From positions 13,578,001 to 13,642,000 of the forward strand of contig NC_045704.1 of assembly GCF_009834535.1 (NCBI RefSeq): a stretch of 64,000 bases of DNA, written 5' to 3'. The translations under genes and the position numbers were made by a program. The DNA is from Camelus ferus. Taxonomy: Eukaryota. Below the pieces are notes generated by a model that worked only from the letters and a program-made list of their open reading frames with translations, had not been told where the DNA came from and made no database searches. Position 1 is the stretch's first letter; every line of letters begins with the position of its first letter. This document shows positions 1 through 16,546 of the stretch, one piece after another.

Positions 1-1412
1 TGTGGGAACCACCCAGGCCTGGAGAGTTCTGGCCCTGCCACCTCCTACCCAGGGGCCGGGGAGGTAGGAGACGAAAGTGAGACGCGGGGCCAGCCCCATG
101 TGTTCCTTATGACCCCAACTTTGCTCCCAGCGCCCAAGACGAATAGGCGTGAAATCCACATCTGGGACCCACCTCCGGCCTGGCCATTCCCTCCCGCCGC
201 TGGGCACTGAGCCCAGTCTGTCTTTGCACCACAATGGCGGCAGCACAGATGGCTTCCAGAGCTCAGAAGAGACTGTGCCCACCTCAGCATTGCTGATGGC
301 TTCCTGGAAGAGCAGAATCCTGAAATGCATACGAGTCTGAGTAGGCATTTGTCCAGCAGAGGAGGGAGAAAGAAAGGCCCAGTTAGAAGCCAGTTTGTGC
401 AAAGCTCCAGAGGCCAGAGGGCCTGGTACGGTAAGAAAAGAGATGAGGCTGGAGATTGGTGGCAGCAGGGGTATGTGGGGCCTCTAAGACCAGGCTGAGG
501 GCCTGAGTTTTTTCCCCAGGGGCACTGAGGAGCCATGAGAGGTCTATGAGCAGGGGAGGGGCAGGGTCAGCCCATTGTGAGAAACAGATAGTGATATGGA
601 TGAGCACAGAGGTGGCTCGGGTCACTGGAAGAGCTCAAAGAAGGCCTTGAACCCAGTCTGGAAGTCAGGAAACTTCTCTCAGAGGAAGTGACAGCTGAGA
701 TAGGTCTTGAAGGACAGAGGAAGGATTTGATCATGAAAAGAAGGGCTGAGAAGTAGGGACATTGTCCAGGGGTGCTGGGGAGCTATGGGATGGCTGTTAC
801 TAAGGGAGAGGCAGGTCTCCCAGATTTGTCCTAGAGAGGCTCCCAGTTTGGGAGGGTGGAGTAGAGGAGAAACATGGGTACAGTCGCATCTGGTATAATG
901 CGTAATAACAGGCAGCCCAGGGCCCAGCCTGGGAGGTCAGGGAAGACTTCCTGGAGGAGGTGAGGACTTGCAGGAAATCCAAGTGTCTCCCAGGCAGACA
1001 GGAGGGGCCAAAATTGCTCAGGAGAAGTACCAGGTGCACTGTGTCATTCAGTCCAGCCAGATTTCTCTCCTGAGGATGCCCCTGTGCTCTATGCTGGGTG
1101 ATGACCCTGGAGAGGGGTCAGGCCTGGGCCCTCGAGGGAGGCCACACAGGACACAGTCCCTCTCCTAATGAGATCTGTGCTCTAACGGAGATAGCACATA
1201 GCATTGGGAAGGTCCACAGGAGGCACAGATCCAGCTTGAAGGTTAGGGAGGGCTTCCTGGAGGAGGAGAGCCAAAGCACAGGTAGAGCCTGCTCTTCCTG
1301 CAGGGTCAGTCTGTCTTCTCTCCCTCTGTGTGTCTCTGGTTCCTTCATTGTCTCGCCCTCTAATGACTTCCATGTTTTTCTCATTATCTCCCCTAATCCC
1401 TGGGGCAGGCTC

Positions 1413-2305
1413 CTATAAAAATTTACCACAAACTGCATGGCTGAAAATAACAAATTTATTCTCTCAATTCTGGAGGCCAGAAGTCTGAAATCAAGAATTG
1501 GGCAGGGCCATAGTTCCTCCAAAGGCTCTGCGGCAGGATCCTTCCTTGCCTCTTGCAGCTTCTGGTGGCTTCTGGCAGTCCTTAGCTTGTGACATCACTC
1601 CAATCTCTGCCTCTGTCATCACATCATCATCTCTCCTGTCTCAAATCTCTTTCTGTCTTTCTTTTTAATGGAAGTATAGGTGATTTACAATGTCATATTA
1701 GTTTCAAGTGTATGGCAAAGTGATTCAGTTATACACACATATGTGTATATATATATTCATTTTTTTCTGATTCTATCTATTATAACTTATTACAAGATAT
1801 TGAACATAGTTCCCTGTGCTACACAATGAATCCTTGCTATCTGTGCCTCTTTTTCCTTTTTTTTTCTTGAAGAGAGAGGTAATTAGGTTTATTTATTTAT
1901 TTACTTAATGGCAGTACTGGGGATTCAATCCAGTACTTCATGCATGCTAAGCATGCACTCTACCAATTGAGCTATATCCTCCCCACCTCTTTTTTTTTTT
2001 TGTGGGGGGTAATTAGTTTTATTTACTTATTTATTTTAATGGCGATACTGGGGATTGAACCCAGGACCTCGTGTATGCTAAACACATACTCTACCACTGA
2101 GCTACACCCTCCCCCCCTCCCCGTGCCTTTCATTTAAAAGAACACTTGTCATTGGATTTAGGGTACACTTGGATAATGTAGGATAATCTCACCTTAAGAT
2201 CACTAACTTATTTACATCTGCAAAGACCCTTTTGCCAAATCAGTTCCTATTCGCAGGTTCTGGGTGGAGAGATCTTTTTTTGGGGGGCACCATTCAACCC
2301 ATGAC
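1413..2305 (-). mobile_element. MLT1 (MaLR LTR) split by an L1 3' fragment and two SINEs
   Basis: ccacaaactgc...tctggaggccagaagtctgaaatcaag...cttctggtggc (1413-1660) resumes at cttgtcattggatttaggg...catctgcaaagacc (2140-2305). Boundaries approximate. Confidence 0.7.
1857..2117 (-). mobile_element. Tandem pair of tRNA-Ala-derived (Vic-1-like) SINEs
   Basis: Two head-to-tail units (about 1990-2117 and 1857-1984). Each has a GGGGAGG(G/A)T(A/G)TAGCTCA...TAGCAT...CAGTA head and an AATAAA..CTAATTACC tail. Confidence 0.85.
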
Positions 2306-3321
2306 ATCTTGGGTGAGTCACACTCCTCTCTGAGCCTCAGGGTTCTATCTGTATAACTGGGCTAAAATTAGTCCCCATCTCTCAGGGCAATTTCGAGGAT
2401 AAATGAAGCCTACAGAGTGCATGGTATAGCCCTGGTATCTAGGAAACCCTCAGTCAGGGTACTGCTATTTCTTACTGATTTTTTTTTTGTATATATATAT
2501 TTTTATTGAAATATAGTCAGCTTACAATGTTGTGTCAATTTCTGGTGTACAGCACAATGCCCCAGTCATACATGAACATACATACATTCATTTTCATACT
2601 CTTTTTCACCATAAGTTACCACAAGATATTGACTATAGTTCCCAGTGTTATATAGTATGAAGTTGTTTATCAGGTTTTGTGAGAATCCTTCTGTATTTTG
2701 AAGAAAGAGACACTCTGCCAGAGTTCAGTATGTGTTCTGTGCGATTCTGTGGGTTTGTAGATATAATTCTTGGTGTATTTGTGGGAGACAGTGAGCTGTG
2801 AGTCTCTCTGCTCTGCCATCTTGGCACCTCCCCCCTTCCTCTACTGATTTATTTTTCCACTGAACTGGATTCTTCTGCCAGGCTTTTCCTGCCACTTCCC
2901 CATTTCTCTGCACATATGTCTCCATCACACTTTCTTCATCTCTGTGTGCTTCCTACCTGTATAACTCTGGTCAAGTCGCTTCTGCCTCTTGAGACTTGGT
3001 TTCCCCATGTATAAAATGTGAAAATAACATCCTGTATTTCATAGGGTGGCTGTGATGATTACATCAGTGAGTTCATTGAAAGTGCTCAGAACTTTGCCTG
3101 GTACATAGGAGTTGCTTTATGTGCCGGATGCTTTTGCTGTAATGATCATTGCCTCTGTTCCTTTGTCCGGTCTTTTTCCGGTCTCCAGAGGTCCCTCTGT
3201 CCTCAAGTGTCTCTCTTGATGCATTTCTGTGTTTCTGAATGACTCTCTTACTGACATCTGAGCATCCTGGGACTTTAAGAGTCTATCTCTCTCCATTGCT
3301 CTCTCTCCTCCTCCCCCCACC

Positions 3322-3816
3322 TGTGATGGTATCTAAAATAAGTCCACAGTCTTTGAGATACTTCTGCTCAAGAGGAGAGGCCTAATCACTTCCCCTTTCA
3401 GTGTGGGCAGACCTAGTGACTCACCTCCGATGAACAGAATCAAGCAGAAGTGATTTTGTGTGACTTTCGGGATTAGGTCGTTTAAGACACCTTCTCTCTC
3501 TCTCTCTCCCAAGTCACTCAATCTGAGGGAGAAGCCAGTGGCCATGTGGTGAGGAGCTGAGGCCTCTTGCCAAGCACCATGTAGGGGAGCTTGGAAGTAA
3601 TCTTCCAGCCCCAGTCAAGCCTTCGGATGACTGCAGCCCTGGCCAATGGCTTACTGCACCCTCATGAGAGACCCTGACTTCTCTGTTGATGTCTGAGCCA
3701 GAGTCACCCAACCAAACTGCTCCTTAATTGCTACCCCTCAGGAACTGAGACAATCAGTGTTGCTTTAAGCCACTTAGTTTTAGAGAAATTGTTATGTGAC
3801 AATGGAAAATGAATAC
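3322..3816 (+). mobile_element. MLT1 (MaLR LTR)
   Basis: Begins TGTGATGG; internal ccagccccagtcaagccttcggatgactgcagccc; ends aagccacttag...aatgaataca. Confidence 0.7.
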
Positions 3817-3819
3817 AAA

Positions 3820-4640
3820 CTTTTCTTTCTTGTGTGTTCTCTGTGTCTCTCTATTTCTGCCTCTCTCTGGGTGTCTGTCTCCCTACATCTTGTGTCCTTG
3901 AGTGTCCATTTCATTCTCTATCTCTGAATGCCTCTGTCTCCCTGATTTCTCTTTAGTATCTCCCCTTATGTCAGTGTTTCTGTATCTGGGTCTCTGTTTC
4001 TGTCTATCTGTTGGTGTCTGCTGGTACCTCTTCCTCCGCATGAGTCTCTCTATGTGTAGATGTGCATGTGCGTCTGCCTCCTTCTCTGTCTCCTCCTCTC
4101 TGTGCCCCTTGCTCTAGGGGTGTGTTTCTATGCATCTCTGTCTTTAGATCTTATTTTCTGTTTCTGTCTCTCCCCTCATACCTCCTGCCTGGCATCTTGC
4201 TCTTCCATCTCTTAAGTGCTCTGAGGGTCTCTCTGTCTCTGGGTCTCTCTGCTTCTATCTCTGTTTGTGTCTCTGTCTCTCTGTGTGACTCTGTCTCTCT
4301 TTCTCTGCGTGTCTCTGTCTCTCTTTCTCTGCCTCCCTCTGTATCTGTCTCGTTCTGTATTTTACCCTCTCATTCTGGGGGTCTCTATCTGTCTCTTCTC
4401 TGTGTACATCCGTTTCTGCATCTCTTTCATTCAAGGTATGTGAGTCTCTCAGTCTCTCTTCCTCCTGCCCCCACCCCCCCCGCCCCCGCCCCCTCATCTC
4501 TTCCCTGGCTCTCCCTCCGTCCTCTCTCCACACCTAGCTCAGCTCCTTTACCCTCTCCAAGCCTCCGCAGTTCTCTGATCCCACCTCTGCTCTCTTGCCT
4601 CTGCCTTCCCAGCTCCTCCTCCCACCTCCCTCTCTCTTTC
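3820..4640. repeat. Pyrimidine-rich (CT/TCTG) low-complexity tract upstream of CA11
   Basis: Dense tctctg/tgtctc repeats. Confidence 0.8.
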
Positions 4641-5119
4641 CAGGTCTCTGCCTCCCCCTCCTGGTCAGCGGCCCACACCGCACTCCAGTCTCCCAGGGGA
4701 TCCCTCAGCCGGGTTAAGGGAGCCCCTGGCCGAGGCCCGAGTGATGCTTTGGGCGGGGGCTGCAGGCGCTGGCGCAGCCTCTGACCCGGGCCCCCGCGAG
4801 CTCGGAGACCCCCGATCCCCCGGGGCCAACGGCCCTGAGCACGGAGACAACGAGGACTCTCCCAGCTCCACCTTAAGCGCCCCCCCCCTTCCGCCTTCTG
4901 CGGAGGATGGAAACTGCCAGCTCTTGGGCCCCAGGTGTCCGGGGCCACCCCCGCCCCCATGGCCCCAGCGCGGATGGGAGTGGGGACTAGCCCTTCAACG
5001 ACCCCTCCATCCTGCCCCTTAGACACCAACCCCCACACACGCCAACCCGAGGAGGAGTGTTCACTGCTGTGAGGACCCCCCCACACCCCAAACAACGACA
5101 GAAAAATTGAATAACACCC

Positions 5120-5530
5120 AGAGAGAGAAGAGAGGGAGAGGGAGGAGGGAGGAAGGGAGGAGAGAGAAGAGAGACACAGAGAAACAGAGAGAAGAGGCTG
5201 GAGAGGAGGAGGTGGGGAGACAGAGGAGCTGGAGACCGAGAGGGAGAGAGTGGGGAGGACAAGGGGGAGAGAAGGGAGAAGGAAGAGGCAGGAGCAGAGA
5301 AGAGGGAGAGGGAGGAGGAGGAGCAGGTGAGAGCAGCAGGGTGGGGTACGGAGTTAGAGGGCTGGGGGAGCTTGAGGAAAAGAGAGCCAAGAAGAGGGTG
5401 TGGATTAGAAACCAAGAGGTAGCTGGAGGGAGAAGCAGAAGGCAGAGAGAGGAGAAGGAAGGTCGGGAGGGAGAGGGAGGCCGGAGGGTTCGGGAAAGAG
5501 GCAGGAGAGGCTCAGAGAGGAGGAAAAGGG
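5120..5530. repeat. Purine-rich (GA/GGA) low-complexity tract in the CA11 5' region
   Basis: Almost exclusively A and G on the + strand. Confidence 0.8.
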
Positions 5531-5716
5531 GCGGGGGTGCAGGTGGGGTGGGGGTTTCTCCATCTCGGCTGCTTTAGTAGCTGGGGAACTGGGACTCCCT
5601 GTGGGGAGGAGAGGAAGGCTGGGGGTCCTAGAAGGACAGGGTTCCAGAAAGAGGGGACAGAGCCGAGAGAGGGGGTCCAGAGCATTGGGAAGGGGTCGCC
5701 CAGAGGTCTCCTGGGG

Positions 5717-10494
<4,778 letters not shown>

Positions 10495-10571
10495 GACTCG
10501 TCATCGAGGATTGCGCCTGCCTTTCCCAAGCCTCCTCACAAGGGGAGGGGAGTCACCCCCAAAACAAAGCT

Positions 10572-10577
10572 ATTAAA
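10572..10577 (+). terminator. CA11 polyadenylation signal (ATTAAA)
   Basis: ATTAAA about 78 nt after the CA11 stop codon. Confidence 0.75.
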
Positions 10578-10808
10578 GGGACAGAATACTTCCTGTATCT
10601 CAGTGGTCTGATTCTAGGCGCCGTGGGGAAACATCTGGGTGTTAAAGAATAGCAGCCTTCTTCTAGAAACCAATATCCCTCTTCCTAAACCCCACAACTC
10701 GGTTTTTTTGCTTCCTGTTTCCCAGAACAGTCATTTCGGTATGTGGCTCCTTTAAGCGGCGTTCTACCCCTCCATCCCCCAGCCTCTTACCCCCCCCAAG
10801 TCAGGCAG

Positions 10809-11034
10809 CACGCGCAGAGCCATGTGCTTCCCCCTCCCGCCTGCCTCATTGGTCCGAACTGGGTCACAGTCCCGCCCCCAGCGCTGTCTCCCATTGGGTA
10901 AATGTAGGTCAGGGTCCCGCCTCCCTCCAAAAGGCACGGTAACTTCACGCACTGAGCCCCTCTCTCACTCCTCGGCCTTGGCGGATCCAGGGGTCCCATT
11001 GGCTGTACATCTCGAGGGGTCGAGACGTGATTGG
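10809..11034 (+). promoter_or_regulatory. DBP proximal promoter: four inverted CCAAT boxes, GC box, non-canonical E-boxes
   Basis: ATTGG at 10848, 10893, 10998 and 11030. CACGCG at 10809, GACGTG at 11024, CCCGCCCC near 10871. CpG-rich and directly upstream of DBP exon 1. Confidence 0.75.
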
Positions 11035-11617
11035 CCTGCGCTTTGAGCCAGAGGGAGGCACGCGGCTGGAGTGCAGGGCCCTAGAGTCGGGCGGGGGCCG
11101 AGAGGAGGGGTGAGCGCTGTGGCGTCGGGTGTTTTGGTTTGGCTTCTTTTTTTTTTTTTTTCCGCGAAAGAAGTTTGCTTTGGCCACGCCTCAAGGCGGC
11201 CACCTCCTCCTGCCCTCTCCCCCGCCCCTCCGCGCACACCTCTCGGTACAGATTGCAAAGCTCCTTCCGTGGAGAGAGCTGCAGATTTTGCAAGAGCCAG
11301 GCTCGCCCACCTTGTAGAAGGAGCGCCTTGTGTCCTTTTGAACCCTCGGTTGCAAAGAGCCGGCCGCCTGATTTGATCACCCCTCACCCAGACTGTATGG
11401 TCTCCTGGGACCCTCTTGAGTTGCACGTTTCTGCACCGAGGACAGCAATAACACGTCGCTCCTAGGATTTGCAGTGTTCTGGATACTGGAGGCTTGCAAG
11501 CTACGCTCGCCCGCCCCTGGGCAGACACTCGCCTGAACCACAGGAGTGTGCCGCTGACTGGAAGGCCAGCTCTTCGCCTCTCCATGAGCCCGTGAGCCTG
11601 CCGGCAGGTGCCCGGCA

Positions 11618-14600
11618 ATGGCGCGGCCCGTGAGCGACAGGACCCCGGCCCCACTGCTGCTGGGCGGCCCGGCCGGGGCCCCCCCTGGCGGGGGAGCGCT
11701 ACTTGGGCTGCGGAGCCTTCTGCAGGGGACCAGCAAGCCCAAAGAGCCAGCCAGCTGTGAGTTCTAGCCCCAACCTCGCCCAGCTCAGAAACTCTACTCT
11801 CTTAGGGACTCAACTGCTGGGGGAGGGGTGTCCCACAGTTACCTCTTATGTGCCAAGAGTCCATCCTCCCAACCTTTATCTACTCAAATACTTAGTTGTT
11901 GGGGCCCCTAGATCCCTCAGTACCCCAAAGTCCTGGCTCTCTCATGCCCGTCCACCCCGAGGACCCAAGACTTTAAGCCCTAGACCCCTCTTCCTTTTGG
12001 TTCCGAGAATCTGGACCTCTGGGGTCCAGGGAGAAGGGAGGGGGTGTGTCGGATGCTCACACGGTAGTTACACGGGCTTGGGCGGGGCCTCCTGGGGTCA
12101 CATGGAGTCTAGGGATGAGGAATGTGCCCCAGGAATAGAGCCCCTTCCTGCCCCTTACAGATTGTGGGGGCGGGGAGAAAGGGGTACAGTGCGCAAGGAA
12201 GGGGATAGATTACAGGGGAATTACAGAGCTGTCATTCTTTCTCTCACCTGCCCAACCTTCCACCTACATCTGTATGAACTTCTGTCCCCCTTGTGTGTCT
12301 CTATGCCTTCCTGGGTCTCTGTCCCCATCTTCCTCTTGGCATCCCTGCCCTCCCCTCTTTCTGAGTCTCTATCCCTCTGTGCCTCTCTCGGCCTGCCAAC
12401 CCCATCTCCGTCTTTTCTCTCTGGGTCTCTCTCCCTCTCTGAGCCTGTGTCCCCTCCTCTCTCTGGATCCTTGCCCTCTCTCTCCGATCTCTCCCTCACC
12501 TCCCTTCTGTCCCCTATTTCTCTGGATCTCTGCGGTGTGGGTCTCTATCCCCTTGTTCCTCGTGTCTCTCTCCACTCGGAATCGTTTCTTCATCTCTGTC
12601 TTCCTCTTCTTCCCCACTCTCTCCGGTATTTCCCTGGCCTGCAGGTCTCCTGAAGGAAAAGGAGCGCAAGGCGGCTCCGCCGGCAGCCGCGGTCCCGGGG
12701 CCGGGCCTGGAGACGGCGGGCCCGGCGGATGCCTCAGCTGGGGCGGTGGTGGGCGGCGGGTCCCCACGGGGACGCCCGGGGACCGCGCCTGGCCCGGGTC
12801 TGCTGGCGCCGCTACTGTGGGAGCGGACGCTGCCGTTCGGCGACGTGGAGTACGTGGACCTGGACGCCTTCCTGCTGGAGCACGGGCTCCCTCCCAGCCC
12901 GCCGCCCCCCAGCGGCCCGTCGCCAGCTCCCTCACCCGTGCGCACGCCCGCACCCTCCCCGGGGCCCGGCTCCTGCGGCTCGGCTTCCCCTCGCTCCTCG
13001 CCGGGGCACGCCCCCGCCAGGGCTGCCCTCGGGGCCGCCGGCGGCCACCGAGCAGGTGCGACGGCGGGGGCGGGGCAGGGCCCTTGTTGGGCGGGGCTTG
13101 GACTCCAGAGGGCGGGTCTGTGCGACACCGGGCCAGGATAGTGGTACTGGGGCTGCACACCCCAATTCTGGATCTCCTAATCGGGAGATGTTGGGAGAGG
13201 AGTCCGGATTCTGTGTCCCCTAACGGATCAGAGACTAGGTGAAGTAGTGTGTGGACTTTTATGTGGGACGTTGAGGACAAAGGGTCTGGATATTCGAAGA
13301 GCCGGGACTGGGGTTCCAGAACACCGGAGTTATTAACTGGGGAGTGGACTATGCCCCAGAATCTGGGCCCAGAATCAGTGGGACTTGGGTAGGACCAGAA
13401 CTTCTTGGCTCTCTACTGGGAGAAGGCGAGGGCCAGGCACAGACTTCTGTTTCCCCAGGACATAAGGGACTGGCAGCCCTGGTTCCTGCGTTCCACAGTA
13501 GAGAGGGGCTGGGGACCTGGGTACTGGAGTCCTTCAGAAAGGATTTTCATTCTAGGTCTTCTATTGGGGCAAGGACCCAGGGGCCTGGGACCCCAAAATC
13601 GTATATATGCTAGTGGCGAGGGCGTTGGGGGCCTGAGGAGAAGATCCGGGGGCTGCTTTTCGAGTGTTCTCCCGAGAGCAGAGGGGTCTGGATCCTCGGA
13701 GGTTGAGAGGTTCGAGCTGACAGACCACCCCCAGAGAGCAAGAGGAAAGGTGTGCTCCCTCGGGCACCTTGGGGTCCCCAAGTGCGGACTGTAGGCGGGG
13801 GATTCCTGGACCCACCTGCTCCTGGTCCGACCTCCGGGCCGAACCAGGGCCCTCCCTTTCCCAGCAGCACATTCCCTCGCCACGTGAGCCCTCTCCTCCC
13901 TCCTCCATGCTTCGCGCTTCGCGCACGCGCGGTCACGCGGGAGGGGGGCGGGGCTGGGGAACGTGAGGGCGCCTGTGGCGGCAGGGGGCGGGGCGGGAAA
14001 GCAGGCGCCAGCACGTGACTCGGCCCTGAACCTGTGTCCTCAGTTGGCCCCGGCTTGCTCGCTCTTAAAGGTACAGGCCGCCCTTCCTCGGGAACCAACT
14101 TCCTGGAACCTCAGAGCCATTTATTCACGTCATTAACTCTTCCCAGCTAGTACCTTTTAGGAAGCTGACTTGAGGTCTTTTCGTTGCATTAAATTACTTT
14201 TCCCTGAGCAGCCTGGGGTCTTAGCTTTGGTTGACGATTCAGTTAAGAAGGGTAGACTATAAAAAAGAATGTAACACTGTGACTCTGAAGTCCTGAGGTT
14301 TTAGAAGCAATAGCCCAGGTTCCTGTGTTACCCACGCGTGATTGGGCCTCAGTTTCCCTGTGTAAAAGTGGAGTTGGTTCCATGATTTCTAAGTATCTTT
14401 GTGGCTTACAGAACCTTCATATTTTATATTAGGGAGGTTGATCCCTGGTGGGCTTTATGTTGGATCCTGTAAGGGCCTTCCTTGTAGTGGATATGATACC
14501 TAAGCAGGGGGTAGCCTCTGGGAACCCCCGCCCCCAATAAACACACACTCAGGTGGCACACTCTGTTTCCCCAAGGCCTGACCTCTCGGGACACACCCAG

Positions 14601-16546
14601 CCCTGTGGACCCAGACACCGTGGAGGTGCTGATGACCTTTGAACCTGACCCAGCGGATTTAGCCTTGTCCAGCATTCCCGGCCATGAGACCTTTGACCCT
14701 CGGAGACATCGCTTTTCAGAGGAGGAGCTTAAGCCCCAGCCAATCATGAAGAAGGCACGGAAGATCCAGGTGCCAGAGGAGCAGAAGGTGAGCATCACTG
14801 GGTGTGGGACACGGGCTTGGAGGGCATAGCCCCACAGGCAGGGATGGCCCTTTTCTCAGAGTCAGGCCTGGGCTTAGCTCGGATTAGCTCTCACGTTCTC
14901 CTAACCTACAGCAAAGGACCTTGGCCATGGGCTGCACAGGGGGCAGAGGTTTGGGTTTGAGACTGTGAAAATGGTATCACTGTGGGACTCAGACTCAGCC
15001 AGCCCTGCTGGGCCAGTTGTATAGGCTTAGAGGTTCTTTCAGAAGGAGCCAAAACCCTCACTGGAGCAGGCTTCAGGCTCTACCAGGCCCAGATGCTAAG
15101 GACAGCATCCCTTAGGAATGGAGTATCAGCCTGTTTCTTCTGAGCAGCCAACCAGGCTGGGGTTGGCCTTTTAATCTCTGATTTAGGACATCCTTCAGCG
15201 TGATTACATCTGACTAGGATGAAGAGTTTGCCAGCCCCTCTGGGCCTTGTTTCCTGGGCCTGGACTACTTACTGGTGAGAGGCCTCAGGTGTCCATTAGC
15301 CTCCAGGGCCACATTCTGATTTGGGGTGCTTTGGACAGTGACTGCATCTCTCTAGAATTCTCTTTGCCAGTTCTGAGGTCTTCCCTAACAAGAGGTGCCT
15401 GGGCTTCTCACACAAGACTTTGCCATGCCCTTGTGTAAGACACAACTACTTGAAGCAGTGAGTACTGCCCTATACCCCAAATCTAGACAGGCGGTTTCTC
15501 CTGCCACAGGACCCTGTTGCTCGGGACTGGTTTGACCCTAGCAAGCAGGGACTAGGCTTTAATGAAATGCGGATGGAGGGGCATCTTTTGGAGCTTTGGG
15601 TGGCCTTTGTCACTAAGGAGTGGTCCTCCTCTGCAACCAATTCCAAGGCTGGTGCGGGGAGGTCTCAGGTAGACCCCTTTGCAACCAGGGACTGTTAGGG
15701 AAGAGGCAGCTCCCTGGCCTCTATTCAAAGCCAGTGGGTCAGAGACTGGCTGTGGTCATTGGGACCACTTAGACCTCACTTTTATTTGCTGAGGAGGGAT
15801 GAGGTTGCCTTGGCAACCAGGTCAAAGGGCCCAGCTCTGAGAGGATTTTTATGGGACACCAAACTCCATCACTTGGGAGCCTAGGCTTTCCTTAGCAAAC
15901 AGGATCTGGAAAGGTGATGCATAGGGCAGTGCTTTTCACTGGGAGAAACCCTCAGACCCTGAAGGCCTTGTTGCTAGGGAACAAGCATCCTTAGCAAACC
16001 AGGGGCTAACTGCAGGCCCTTTGTCAAATGAGGAGAGCTCGTCTGCTTTGCACAGCGGAGACTTGAAGCTGACTTGCTTGGGGTGGGAGGCTATCTCATG
16101 CCTATTGCTAGGGGCCTGCTGTCCTTAGCAACCAGGGCCCTTCAAGGGCAGACCCTTGGGTACCCACGCAGGGGAGACCCGGTATCCTTTGGGCCCCACT
16201 GCTGGGTGAGAAGCAGCCTCAGGGCTCTCTTAGATGGACTCTTGTCCTTAAAGTCACCAGCAAAGCAGTTCCTCACTTCTCTCGCTGGGGCTGGGCCCCG
16301 TCTGGACCTCAGTGCTTTCCCATCCCTTAGGACGAGAAGTATTGGAGCCGGAGGTACAAGAATAACGAGGCGGCCAAGCGGTCCCGCGNNNNNNNNNNNN
16401 NNNNNNNNNNNNNNNNNNNNNNNNNNNNNNNNNNNNNNNNNNNNNNNNNNNNNNNNNNNNNNNNNNNNNNNNNNNNNNNNNNNNNNNNNNNNNNNNNNNN
16501 NNNNNNNNNNNNNNNNNNNNACCAGGCCCAACACGGAGCCCTGTGA
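11618..16546 (+). CDS. DBP: D-site binding protein (PAR bZIP circadian transcription factor), 325 aa, part of exon 4 in an N-gap
   Basis: join(11618-11756,12645-13055,14576-14787,16331-16546), GT-AG introns. [17 protein letters not shown]...[25 protein letters not shown]...PAR domain [24 protein letters not shown]...basic region [19 protein letters not shown] [N-gap] YQAQHGAL*. Confidence 0.97.
12099..12104 (+). promoter_or_regulatory. DBP intron 1 E-box (CACATG)
   Basis: CACATG in intron 1. Rodent Dbp is known to use intronic E-boxes for CLOCK/BMAL1 binding; that this one is the orthologous site is inference. Confidence 0.45.
13868..14017 (+). promoter_or_regulatory. DBP intron 2 circadian E-box enhancer
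   Basis: CACGTG at 13881 and 14012. CACATT at 13868 sits 7 nt before the first (tandem E1-E2 layout). CACGCG at 13924 and 13934, AACGTG at 13960, plus GC boxes. Confidence 0.8.
16389..16520. other. Assembly gap (132 N) inside DBP exon 4
   Basis: Run of N between ...TCC CGC G and AC CAG GCC CAA. Confidence 0.99.

Noticed and set aside
1-540. Possible NTN5 or SEC1 exon at the window start, expected from synteny
   Set aside because: No netrin or fucosyltransferase peptide is recognisable in any frame. Non-coding SEC1 exons cannot be called without transcript data.
4062-5577. Long ORFs upstream of CA11 (for example 240 aa and 222 aa)
   Set aside because: They translate low-complexity CT/GA tracts and the CpG island into Ser/Leu/Pro- or Arg/Gly/Glu-rich sequence with no homology signal.
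11703-13280. Several 200-320 aa ORFs overlapping DBP intron 1 and exon 2
   Set aside because: They arise from CT-rich low complexity and GC-rich shadow frames of exon 2, have biased composition and show no recognisable domain.
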